Source: a virus
Length of the DNA: 64,000 nt
IMG/VR virus record: IMGVR_UViG_3300037440_000313
Location: 1 to 64,000 of that record
Strand: one strand, 5' to 3'
Positions 53,947 through 61,974 of this stretch are shown one piece after another. Within the stretch, counting starts at the first letter, position 1. The number at the start of each line of letters is the position of its first letter. Made by a program: the position numbers and the translations under genes. The notes under the pieces are model-generated. The model did no database searches, was not told the DNA's origin, and saw only the letters and a program-made list of their open reading frames with translations.

Positions 53947-54104
53947 TGGTCGATGTCCTTTTCGAACTTGATCGTATCTATCTCCTGCCCAGCCCCATCC
54001 CGGATGATAAGATAAGCTACAGGAAATGTCCCTTCAATGCTCATCCGGATTTTAAAGTGATCCGGATAACCTTTGAGTAACTCTCTCAGTTCCTCAACAG
54101 TCAT
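53943..54104 (-). CDS. small hypothetical protein (53 aa, below the track cutoff)
   Basis: MTVEELRELLKGYPDHFKIRMSIEG.. ATG 54104 overlaps the end of ORF 54094-54456 by 11 nt. Confidence 0.4.
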   Translation of the reverse strand: MTVEELRELLKGYPDHFKIRMSIEGTFPVAYLIIRDGAGQEIDTIKFEKDIDQ

Positions 54105-54456
54105 ATAGTTTGATTCCTTTAGCCTTGAGCCACTTCCTCTGCTGATCGGTGTAATTACCTACAGCAACTTTAGGATCAATCTCCCAGATCGTAGAGAGTT
54201 CCCGCTGGCGGTTTTCTACCTGTCTAAAGTTAAAACTTGCCTTATCACTCCAGTACTTCAGCTTCCGTTCACAGATCGGCAGTTCAATAGTTGCTTGGAG
54301 CTGTTCAACAAGTGTTCCCTTAGCGTAAGTCCACTTCAGGAAGAACCAGTTCTCCAGGTGCTTCAGGTATAATTTGTGAGGATCGAATGTCTTCCCAAGC
54401 CCCCGAAATCCCATATCATTAGGATCGGTGTCACTGTAGAAGAAATGTGCTGCCAT
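54094..54456 (-). CDS. hypothetical protein
   Basis: 120-aa track ORF with a TAGGAG RBS directly after the terminator hairpin. Confidence 0.55.
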   Translation of the reverse strand: MAAHFFYSDTDPNDMGFRGLGKTFDPHKLYLKHLENWFFLKWTYAKGTLVEQLQATIELPICERKLKYWSDKASFNFRQVENRQRELSTIWEIDPKVAVGNYTDQQRKWLKAKGIKLYDC

Positions 54457-54481
54457 TACTATACTCCTACTAAACTTAAAC

Positions 54482-54541
54482 GGAGTGGTAATCAGTAGGT
54501 GGGAGGTTCTACAGCTGCGCTATCAGCTTGATTACCACTCC
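54482..54541 (-). terminator. 13-bp perfect hairpin terminator after ORF 54574-54789
   Basis: GGAGTGGTAATCA (54482-54494) pairs with TGATTACCACTCC (54529-54541). On the - strand it is followed by GTTTAAGTTTAG. A second small hairpin, GCCGG..CCGGC, lies upstream. Confidence 0.55.
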
Positions 54542-54573
54542 GCCTGCCGGATGCTATATACACCGGCAATCGA

Positions 54574-54789
54574 TTAAGATGCAGTAACAGTTACAGTAAT
54601 CGCTTCCGGCTTCTGAGTGAAGTAGAGCTTCTTCAGATACAGCGTACCAATCGAAGCTTCATAACGATCGACGACTTTGCCATCAGTATCAATTTCTTGG
54701 AAACGATAGGTATTCTTCGTTTCCTTCTCGAACTTGAGGTGGACAACAGCTACAGGTGCATCAGTCTGCGACTTCGTCTTAGTATTCAT
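54574..54789 (-). CDS. small hypothetical protein in a stand-alone promoter-RBS-terminator cassette
   Basis: 71 aa with an AAGGAG RBS. Promoter at 54819-54848 and terminator at 54482-54541. Confidence 0.65.
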   Translation of the reverse strand: MNTKTKSQTDAPVAVVHLKFEKETKNTYRFQEIDTDGKVVDRYEASIGTLYLKKLYFTQKPEAITVTVTAS

Positions 54790-54818
54790 AGTTCCTACTC
54801 CTTTTCATCTTATACCAT

Positions 54819-54848
54819 ATTCTAATAAAAAAGTCTATTAGGTTTCAA
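54819..54848 (-). promoter_or_regulatory. sigma70-like promoter (TTGAAACC-N4-AGACTT subfamily, copy B)
   Basis: On the - strand: CACATATTTTT-GCAC-TTGAAA (54848-54843), 18-nt spacer, TAGAAT (54824-54819). Confidence 0.55.
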
Positions 54849-54863
54849 GTGCAAAAATATGTG

Positions 54864-55412
54864 TCACCTTTTCCCGACCTCATTTTTAGGATCCAGTATG
54901 TATAAGCAGCCATGACGAATAGCATCCCTTGCGTGCCGCTGACCTTTCTGCCAGAAACCCCAAGTTTGGAGGCGCTGATCGGTAGCAAGGATCTTAGCGT
55001 GCTGTGCAATCCTCATCCGAAAAGGCAAACGGTTTGCAGCCGCGATCAACTCACATAGACCAACCACTTTAATCGTGTGAACCTGAGACCATGCATGATT
55101 CTCAGCCTTCCACGAGTACACCCTGTAATCCTCAGCCGCCATACGAACTTGATTCTCCTCAGCCAGTGCGTGCGGGAACTCAGTATGTATGTTGTATTCT
55201 GCTTCGGCTATCACTTTCTTGACTACTGACTGCAAGTTGTTATATGCAAGTACAACGTCACCTGTAGGTATCTCACCGCACTCCACTAATTCGTGGCAAT
55301 GAAACCAACACCAACCAGTTCTCTCACCAGGATCAAAGACTACTAAGTGACCACGATACCCCCCACGAGAGGCAGCGAACGCTCGAAAGTCGTCAACTAT
55401 TCGCCCTTGCAT
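54864..55412 (-). CDS. RuvC-like Holliday junction resolvase
   Basis: Start taken at ATG 55412. VVFDPGERTGWCWF (first catalytic Asp), later AAEDYRVY and HARDAIRHG, in RuvC-like order. Confidence 0.5.
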   Translation of the reverse strand: MQGRIVDDFRAFAASRGGYRGHLVVFDPGERTGWCWFHCHELVECGEIPTGDVVLAYNNLQSVVKKVIAEAEYNIHTEFPHALAEENQVRMAAEDYRVYSWKAENHAWSQVHTIKVVGLCELIAAANRLPFRMRIAQHAKILATDQRLQTWGFWQKGQRHARDAIRHGCLYILDPKNEVGKR

Positions 55413-55590
55413 CAGATACTGCCCCCATCTGGTCGAAATGATCTTTTGCAAGGTTATCAAAATCAACCTGTTCCATAACCTTTGCTATAGACATGGCCGC
55501 TTCCATCTTGGTGATTAAACCATCCTTCTCGTGCTGAATAGAGTCTTGTATCCGTTGGATTGCATCTTCGTATGATAGCTTGGCACTCAT
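55393..55590 (-). CDS. small helical protein (paralogue of 55587-55781)
   Basis: 65-aa track ORF. It shares E(D/E)..(Q/D)RI..H.K...(I/V)T..EA...I pattern with its neighbour. Confidence 0.5.
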   Translation of the reverse strand: MSAKLSYEDAIQRIQDSIQHEKDGLITKMEAAMSIAKVMEQVDFDNLAKDHFDQMGAVSDARANS

Positions 55591-55781
55591 TTTACAAACT
55601 CCTGATTGTCAGGCTCGATTTCACCATCATCTTCATGCTCAAGCTCTGCAGGATCAATTAATGTGAAAGCCTCAACTATCCTACGATAGGCTTCTTGATC
55701 TGTAACTGACTCAGCCTTGCGATGAGCCGATATCTCAGCTATTCTGTCAAGTAACTCTTCGAGTGTTATAGACCTTCTCAT
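55587..55781 (-). CDS. small helical protein (paralogue of 55393-55590)
   Basis: 64-aa track ORF with 4-nt overlaps on both sides. Confidence 0.5.
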   Translation of the reverse strand: MRRSITLEELLDRIAEISAHRKAESVTDQEAYRRIVEAFTLIDPAELEHEDDGEIEPDNQEFVK

Positions 55782-56173
55782 TTGACAAACCTCCGGTTAC
55801 GAGATGGAGTAGCTTGATCTGGTTCCCGAAAATCAAACTGATAGGGGTCACCTACTGGAGGATTATCTGGCCTGACATCGATGATCTCAATTCGGACTAC
55901 AGGTGGGCAGATAATCCTGAATTCCTTAACACCCTGATAAGGCACGAATTCACAAAGCACTTCTGTTTCAGCGCCCTCTGCACTCATGCCGGATTCGTAG
56001 AAGGGTTGTTGGTTCTCAGGAATTAACTGATCGGGCAACTTTACCGCCCCAGACCCAGACATCAGGTCAGATATAGCTACCATAGCATACAGTCCAACAA
56101 CTGCTACACCTAGTACAATTGTAACTTTAGCTGGTGTCATGCTAATAACAGAATCACCTGGCAAATAAAACAT
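55778..56173 (-). CDS. membrane-anchored hypothetical protein
   Basis: Start taken at ATG 56173 (GGAAGGGG RBS), so the gene does not cover hairpin 56206-56243. TM segment VTIVLGVAVVGLYAMVAI. Confidence 0.5.
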   Translation of the reverse strand: MFYLPGDSVISMTPAKVTIVLGVAVVGLYAMVAISDLMSGSGAVKLPDQLIPENQQPFYESGMSAEGAETEVLCEFVPYQGVKEFRIICPPVVRIEIIDVRPDNPPVGDPYQFDFREPDQATPSRNRRFVK

Positions 56174-56205
56174 CGTCACCCCTTCCAATGTTTTAGGCTT
56201 GTAGT

Positions 56206-56243
56206 AAGGCTGGTGTACCAGACAGGAAAGATACACCAGCCTT
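56206..56243 (-). terminator. 12-bp perfect hairpin after ORF 56310-56651
   Basis: AAGGCTGGTGTA (56206-56217) pairs with TACACCAGCCTT (56232-56243), with a 14-nt loop. No U-tract follows. Confidence 0.4.
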
Positions 56244-56309
56244 GGAGTCTGTTAAGCGTGGGCTAGTCAGACTCGATTCAGTTATAGATATAGTCGCCGA
56301 CGCCGACGA

Positions 56310-56651
56310 TCAGTCTTCGAATTCTTCGTTCGTGTCACCAGCAGCTGCAGCTTCAGCTTTCGTGCCACGCTCGTCCTTCGGGAAGTATTCCTTGACGGCC
56401 TGGTGAACAGTCTGATAACGAAGAGTCTTGTCGCCGGAGACTTCACGAACATGGGCGAGAATCTGCGGGCGGGTCCAACCATTAGCAGCCAGAGCCTTCA
56501 TGTAGTCGGCGCGAGAAACCTGAGTGCCATCATTCGGATTGGTGATCATTGCACGAGCACCACCACCCGCAGTAGAACCAGTCGGTGCAGTCGGAACCGC
56601 AATGCTCTTGATGTTAGCCGGCACTTCGATGCTGTCGATAAACTCATTCAT
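56310..56651 (-). CDS. small putative DNA-binding protein (G-W/F-TR-x-QI ... RYQ-x-V motif)
   Basis: 113 aa with an AAGGAG RBS, its own promoter (copy C) and a downstream hairpin. The C-terminal half is paralogous to the partial ORF at 63846-64000. Confidence 0.6.
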   Translation of the reverse strand: MNEFIDSIEVPANIKSIAVPTAPTGSTAGGGARAMITNPNDGTQVSRADYMKALAANGWTRPQILAHVREVSGDKTLRYQTVHQAVKEYFPKDERGTKAEAAAAGDTNEEFED

Positions 56652-56738
56652 TCTTTTTGCTCCTTGTTAGGTCACTACTTACTATTTACACCCGAACCTG
56701 ATGTAATTCAATAACCACTATCAGGTTTAACATCTATT

Positions 56739-56800
56739 ATATTAGCTTAAAGCAAAGGACTTTTCAACTGAAAAATGAGGTGCATGCAAAGATTTTTTGG
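56739..56800 (-). promoter_or_regulatory. early promoter with conserved upstream block (copy C)
   Basis: On the - strand: CCAAAAAATCTTTGCATGCACCTCATTTT-TCAG-TTGAAA (56767-56762), 17-nt spacer, TAATAT (56744-56739). Confidence 0.55.
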
Positions 56801-56809
56801 ACGTTGACC

Positions 56810-59227
56810 TCATCTTTTGGTTAGCTTGAATACTTGCTTACCATTGTTCACGCCTGCCGGTTCTATCCCCGCTGTAGCAGCTACAAGGGATGGGTTACCC
56901 AGAATGTACCTAGATACTGAGTTCGGAATGTGTAGGGCTTTGCAACCGCTGAATTCATCATCATCCATAGCCCAATTCGTAATTGCTGTTGCAGGGAAGG
57001 TTATCTGGTAGCTGCTCTCACCTTTATTGCGAAGGTACAAGCCATATGCCTGAAGACCTTGGAGCAGCCAATCAACCTTAACTGTAGCTTCTTTCGTGGC
57101 AGAAGATAGGTATGACGGAATCCATTCAGGATCCCAATCAAATACCTCAGCCATAATCTTGGAGATCTGCTCGAAGTTAATCAGACGATACTTAGCCCTA
57201 TAGCCAGGATCCCACTTCCTCGCCGCAATCCGCAGGAACTTATGGATCACCAGAATATGATGCGCCAACCAACTGATACGCCCACCCCGTTCCCGAAGTT
57301 GGTTCTCTGCCCAGTCAGTGTCGAACATATAACTATCACCAGACGTTCCCCGTTCGAGCTGGATGTGAAATGCTCGCTGCATCAAATCCAATTGCCTGAA
57401 TGGCAGCTTCACTGACGTCATTGCAAACACCACATGAGCAGGAACTCGTATTAGCCCTTTCTCAGTATAGTAACGCCTCATCTCGATAGTAGGATTAGGC
57501 TCAGTTACAAGCCTGCACATTTCGTCGCTGATACTTTGCCCTAGGCTAGGATCGCTATCAAGATTCGCATTGTCAATAACATGTAAACCACCGGTATCGA
57601 GTACTGAAGCATGCCAGTCCTTTAATGATTGCGGGCGATTCCTAAGATCTTGCCTCCCAGTAAGGATCTGCAAGCGCATACTATATAGGGTAGACTTCCC
57701 AGACCCTGCCTCCCCAGTTATAAGTTCTACAGGTAGCTGAGTGTTTCTCCACCTGAATAACCATGGCGACGCATAGAATAGTAGAGTCGCAAGTTGCTTT
57801 TGGCGATCCTCAGCAGTGTCCTTAATTCGAGTACGTTGTAAGGTATCATACCACCATGGCTCGAGCTTGTGAGACGATAGTCTATTGATCTCATTTACTA
57901 GTTGGGTACCATCAACAGTATCGTCAACAGCCTTACTCTCGAACATGATACCATTATCGCCATTATTATGAAGTTCTACTGGCGAGTCACCTGATATCGT
58001 AATGTACTGCCGGGAGTTGATCTGATGATGGATAGTATCCCCTAGAGCGAATGTACCTTTCCGAGCCTTCACCTTATCTATGGGGCTTTCTGAACTTATT
58101 TGCGTCGACAACGTTGCCATCACACGATGGTCAATTGCCAGAAGCCCATAGTCTTGGTAGAGTAGATTCTTAAACTCGTCGTATAAGAGAGGTCCGCCAC
58201 CGCTACTTTGCTTTAAGGCAGCAGAGGTTACCTGCATTAATGTTTTTGACTTATCATCAAAGTAATACAAGTCATTATCAGGATCAGACCTTAGGCGTTT
58301 ACCTCGAGCATCTAGGTCGGATATGATCGTAATTCCAAGATTGCCAATGTCTTTACGTGTTGCCTTCGAATATTGGAGCTTGCGCGTTACATGACTATAA
58401 ATATTTGGGTGCGCAGGAAACTGTCTCGGATTGCTCAGCGCAGCGTCAATCAGTTCTTGTAATTGAGAGCTACTATACTCAACCAGAAAGTCATCCAGCC
58501 CCATCTTCTCATGATTACCCAAGGGCAATACTAACTGCTTTACCTTGGTTAGAGGTAGTCTCAAAGTACGAAGCTCCAGTCCCAGCCTCGCAGCGGCTCT
58601 CTGCACATCTAGAGTGATACTATTCCCGGCAAATCTTCCACGGTGGTCACTGTCAAACGCAATCAGGACGTTGAGGTCACGTTCTACTGCCAGCTGTACT
58701 AAGTCTTCAAACCCACGTGCGTACTCACTGAACATCCTGTCAATGTCTAGGTTCTCAAGTCGCATCTTCAAGTTCGCACGTTCACCTACACTTACATCAA
58801 CAGCCCCAGCCCTATGCTGTTTAACGACTAAGTTTTCAGAAGGTAGATGAGCAGTATTATTACGCCAAGAGTACACCCCTCCCAACCCAACACAAGGAAA
58901 GCCCCCCTTACAAGCCGCAGCAGCCTTCTTCTCACCCTCAGTGATAATGACGTAGTTATGGCCGTTGAGGGTCTTTTGGAAAGTTCTTGGGAAGTAGACG
59001 GCATTATCGCTCCCTTTAGGCTGCTTGTACTTGACTGTCGTGTCGAACAATCTCGCACGATAATGTGAAGTCAAGTTGCCATTGATATCGAAGTAAGGTA
59101 TAACAAAGCCTTGGATATTGAAATGAATATCCAATGCAGAACGTTCAGGCAAACCTAATGGCCTGGCGTACAGATCATCAGTATCAAGCCTTGAACGATC
59201 TAAGTCTTGTTTAATTAGTACAGTCAT
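56810..59227 (-). CDS. Toprim primase fused to P-loop replicative helicase-like domain
   Basis: 805 aa. Toprim motifs VIITEGEKKAAA and IAFDSDH. Walker A TGEAGSGKSTL with a later acidic Walker B. It lies in the replication module. Confidence 0.7.
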   Translation of the reverse strand: MTVLIKQDLDRSRLDTDDLYARPLGLPERSALDIHFNIQGFVIPYFDINGNLTSHYRARLFDTTVKYKQPKGSDNAVYFPRTFQKTLNGHNYVIITEGEKKAAAACKGGFPCVGLGGVYSWRNNTAHLPSENLVVKQHRAGAVDVSVGERANLKMRLENLDIDRMFSEYARGFEDLVQLAVERDLNVLIAFDSDHRGRFAGNSITLDVQRAAARLGLELRTLRLPLTKVKQLVLPLGNHEKMGLDDFLVEYSSSQLQELIDAALSNPRQFPAHPNIYSHVTRKLQYSKATRKDIGNLGITIISDLDARGKRLRSDPDNDLYYFDDKSKTLMQVTSAALKQSSGGGPLLYDEFKNLLYQDYGLLAIDHRVMATLSTQISSESPIDKVKARKGTFALGDTIHHQINSRQYITISGDSPVELHNNGDNGIMFESKAVDDTVDGTQLVNEINRLSSHKLEPWWYDTLQRTRIKDTAEDRQKQLATLLFYASPWLFRWRNTQLPVELITGEAGSGKSTLYSMRLQILTGRQDLRNRPQSLKDWHASVLDTGGLHVIDNANLDSDPSLGQSISDEMCRLVTEPNPTIEMRRYYTEKGLIRVPAHVVFAMTSVKLPFRQLDLMQRAFHIQLERGTSGDSYMFDTDWAENQLRERGGRISWLAHHILVIHKFLRIAARKWDPGYRAKYRLINFEQISKIMAEVFDWDPEWIPSYLSSATKEATVKVDWLLQGLQAYGLYLRNKGESSYQITFPATAITNWAMDDDEFSGCKALHIPNSVSRYILGNPSLVAATAGIEPAGVNNGKQVFKLTKR

Positions 59228-59258
59228 AGCCCCTGCCAGCTCAACTGTTTTTATGGGG

Positions 59259-59298
59259 AAGTAACTAGATGAGGGCCCACGACATCATCTAGTTACTT
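59259..59298 (-). terminator. 14-bp perfect hairpin between ORF 59322-59627 and the primase gene
   Basis: AAGTAACTAGATGA (59259-59272) pairs with TCATCTAGTTACTT (59285-59298), with a 12-nt loop. No U-tract follows. Confidence 0.4.
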
Positions 59299-59321
59299 AA
59301 GGTAGGCGGGTGCCAGGCTAT

Positions 59322-59627
59322 TTAAGCTGCACACTCAGTATCAGCATTCGGAGGAGCAGGGACTCTGATCTTACTTACGTCAGCTGTAGCCACCTTCTCG
59401 ATAATTGTATAGGGCCGAGTCCTATCAGAAGATGACGGAGGAAACTCAGCTCTCTGGTCAACCAGTCCTTGTGCAATTAGAACGTCAAGGGCTGGCCGCC
59501 AGATTTTGGGCGAGAGAGAGGGCCCAAGACCTGCTTGCAACATTGTCGGGGAAACCTTCGGATACACTTCCAGAATATTCATGATACGTTCCTGTACAGT
59601 ATCCATCATATGCTCATTGTCACTCAC
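59322..59627 (-). CDS. winged-helix-like small DNA-binding protein
   Basis: GTG start after AGGAAGGAAG. ERIMNILEVYPKVSPTMLQAGLGPSLSPKIWRPALDVLIAQGLV has a wHTH-like pattern. It lies upstream of the primase gene. Confidence 0.5.
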   Translation of the reverse strand: MSDNEHMMDTVQERIMNILEVYPKVSPTMLQAGLGPSLSPKIWRPALDVLIAQGLVDQRAEFPPSSSDRTRPYTIIEKVATADVSKIRVPAPPNADTECAA

Positions 59628-59688
59628 TAGCTCTTCCTTCCTGATTTAGACCTGCTCTACTTCCCCGTTGTGATCTGTTTATGCTCTT

Positions 59689-59750
59689 ATTATAGTTGGA
59701 TTTTTGGCATAAATCAAGTCTAAAATGAGGCGCACAAAAAGATTTTTGTC
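59689..59750 (-). promoter_or_regulatory. early promoter with conserved upstream block (copy D)
   Basis: On the - strand: ACAAAAATCTTTTTGTGCGCCTCATTTT-AGAC-TTGATT (59717-59712), 17-nt spacer, TATAAT (59694-59689). Confidence 0.6.
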
Positions 59751-60105
59751 ACAGAGGTAGGATCTTGATGTAACTTGGAGGGTAGAGGTCATCGTATAAC
59801 AGGTAGCTACGTTTGACTAAGCCTGGAATCCAACGGTCATTCTGTACGTTTTCGACAAATACTACACGGTAACTATTGGCAATTGCTACCTCTTCGACTA
59901 TGTCAAGCAGTTTAGAGCCGATACCTTGACCCTCAGGATCAACGGTAATCTGCCCGATATCTAGTGAGCTGTAGACGCTATACTTCATGCGGATAGACTT
60001 ACGTATGTAAAGTGATATCCCATGGTAATAGAACCATTGGTTTCTTCGACTAGATTGCGCGAACGTTGTAAGGTCCGCAACTATTTGCTTAGTTGGTAAG
60101 TTCAT
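59749..60105 (-). CDS. small GNAT-family acetyltransferase
   Basis: 118 aa. VDPEGQGIGSKLLDIVEEVA fits GNAT motif A (Q/R-x-x-G-x-G/A). Element R5 lies in its leader. Confidence 0.5.
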   Translation of the reverse strand: MNLPTKQIVADLTTFAQSSRRNQWFYYHGISLYIRKSIRMKYSVYSSLDIGQITVDPEGQGIGSKLLDIVEEVAIANSYRVVFVENVQNDRWIPGLVKRSYLLYDDLYPPSYIKILPL

Positions 60106-60124
60106 TTTTTAACTCCTGTTTTCG

Positions 60125-60208
60125 CCCACAGATGGGGTGGACGATAGACGACGTGGATGCTGGGAGGGAGCGGAGCATGGGCCAACGTACGAGTCATATC
60201 ACATGCTC
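60125..60208 (-). repeat. R element copy R5 (- strand)
   Basis: On the - strand: hairpin GAGCATG..CATGCTC (60208-60173), then the core CATCCACGTCGTCTATCGTCCACCCCATCTGTGGG (60159-60125), then AACAGGAG and ATG 60105. Confidence 0.65.
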
Positions 60209-60231
60209 ACCTCACCTCGTGCTATTCTATT

Positions 60232-60651
60232 CTATTCTGATCTACCCAACATCTTGGTATATTTAGTATGGCACAAATTGTCATATGGCGTAAATCCCTT
60301 TCGGGCTAATTGCTTAACTATGTCTGTGCCAAGAACCCTGTCGAAAAACTCATACTCGTTCTCTACAGATATAGATCCTATAGGTATAGGAAAAGAACAT
60401 GTCTTACTCATGCTCTCCAGCATTTCGAGCAGGTATTCGATCTCATCCCATTCCAGGGCTATCATACTGAATATACATGAGGATGCAACTTCGATTGAAA
60501 GAAGCTGTACTCCGTTATCAGTGTACACTGACTTATAAAGATCGAAGCTAATACTCTCCGCATACGTACCACTAACCGGAAAGAATCTCCACCTCCTAGT
60601 GCGTGACGCAATAAACTCCTCAATTCCAGGCTTCACACGGTCAACTATCAT
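60232..60651 (-). CDS. hypothetical protein
   Basis: 139-aa track ORF. It starts 4 nt after the stop of the HTH gene. Confidence 0.55.
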   Translation of the reverse strand: MIVDRVKPGIEEFIASRTRRWRFFPVSGTYAESISFDLYKSVYTDNGVQLLSIEVASSCIFSMIALEWDEIEYLLEMLESMSKTCSFPIPIGSISVENEYEFFDRVLGTDIVKQLARKGFTPYDNLCHTKYTKMLGRSE

Positions 60652-60655
60652 GATG

Positions 60656-61873
60656 TTATTCCTTGTTCAGATTTTCGATTGAGGTTAGATTGCCTTCCAG
60701 ATCGGCAGCTAGATCTTCAACTGGATCCGGAATGCAAAAGTCTTCTATAAATAGGTTAAGGCAGTAAGAAGGGTCTCTTGGCCCGTTCCCATATATACTG
60801 TCCCATCCAAAACCAAGTACTTCTCTATCATGCCAACCGAGCTGTATAAAAGTATTCTCCCATCCCTCAGTCATGGGGCCACCATTTACTCCTTCTACCT
60901 TGTAAAGGTTTTTGGCTAAGCCTTTGAGGTGCTCATGTTCTTCATTAACATTTGTCAACGCGGGAATATTGATCCCTAGGATTGCGTCCACATTTGGATG
61001 GTCACGTCTGTAAGTTACTCCACCGGAATTAGTTGTGGTTTCCAGTTTGGATCTGATTCCCGATTCCAGCTTATGTGGAGTCATACGCAGTGCAGCTGCA
61101 ATAGCAAATATTGCCCGTGGCGCTGGATAATTGATAAGCTGGATGTACTTCTTCAGTGTGTTCACAGCATACCCCGTAGCATGAGCCAGTTCATCCAAAC
61201 TGAACTCTACTCCAAGGTAAGTAAGCCGTGTTGTAATATTAGTAGCCAACTGCTTCTTGTCTTCCTTGGAAGGAGTAGCTACCTTTACGTAATTGTCTAG
61301 CCTTTTACGAAAGTCTTCACCGTGAAGGTCACGTGCATCATACCATAAGCCCTTACCTCTCCAGAACTCATCTTGTGTAGTCTCAAAGATCCTTAAGGCA
61401 TCTTGGATAGGTATCAGAACGTTAGCTCCGGGATCATATCCGGCCGGCTGTGTTGCGATGTTCTTTTCACTAGGTAAGGGATGCGTCTCAGTAAGGGCTC
61501 CTGGAGCCTTTGGGATAGCGATTGAGACAGGATTGTTCTTATTAATTACCACATAATCAGTTGAGCGAGTTGCTCTATAACGAGGCGGCGCAATATCTAC
61601 GTCCAGACTGATATTAGCATCGCAGTGGTCAACGCGTCCAACTAGCCATGCCTCATTAACATTCAGTTTTGCTATGTATAAAGGCATAGCCTCCTTTCCG
61701 GGAATTGATACTCCGTTCAGATGATTGTGAATGGCTGCTTGTGACAATCCTGTCAGCCTTTGCAGATCTGCCTGAGTCAAACCATAATGAGTCATTGCAG
61801 CTTTAAGTCGTACAGGCACTGCCCGTCTTGCATTGAGATCCCCTTTGTAACCCGAATTATCAGCCTTAGCCAT
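60656..61873 (-). CDS. tandem XRE-type HTH regulator with C-terminal domain
   Basis: Two HTH-like segments (LTQADLQRLTGLSQAAIHNHLNG and SLDELAHATGYAVNTLKKYIQ). 405 aa. It is the first gene downstream of the 1.4-kb gene-poor hub. Confidence 0.6.
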   Translation of the reverse strand: MAKADNSGYKGDLNARRAVPVRLKAAMTHYGLTQADLQRLTGLSQAAIHNHLNGVSIPGKEAMPLYIAKLNVNEAWLVGRVDHCDANISLDVDIAPPRYRATRSTDYVVINKNNPVSIAIPKAPGALTETHPLPSEKNIATQPAGYDPGANVLIPIQDALRIFETTQDEFWRGKGLWYDARDLHGEDFRKRLDNYVKVATPSKEDKKQLATNITTRLTYLGVEFSLDELAHATGYAVNTLKKYIQLINYPAPRAIFAIAAALRMTPHKLESGIRSKLETTTNSGGVTYRRDHPNVDAILGINIPALTNVNEEHEHLKGLAKNLYKVEGVNGGPMTEGWENTFIQLGWHDREVLGFGWDSIYGNGPRDPSYCLNLFIEDFCIPDPVEDLAADLEGNLTSIENLNKE

Positions 61874-61932
61874 ATGCCTACATTCCCTTCCAGCTGTGTC
61901 TATGTTGATTGAGGTAATTGCTCCATTTTCCT

Positions 61933-61962
61933 ATTATAACATATAGGTCAAGGAATAATCAA
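61933..61962 (-). promoter_or_regulatory. sigma70-like promoter of the HTH regulator gene
   Basis: On the - strand: TTGATT (61962-61957), 18-nt spacer, TATAAT (61938-61933). A ~55-nt leader carries GGAAGGGA before ATG 61873. Confidence 0.5.
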
Positions 61963-61974
61963 CGGTTATTTTTG

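Noticed and set aside
60656-61873. Lysogeny module (integrase or CI-type repressor).
   Set aside because: The 405-aa protein has HTH segments but no recognisable tyrosine or serine recombinase motifs, and no integrase-like ORF exists anywhere in the window. The temperate or lytic lifestyle cannot be called.
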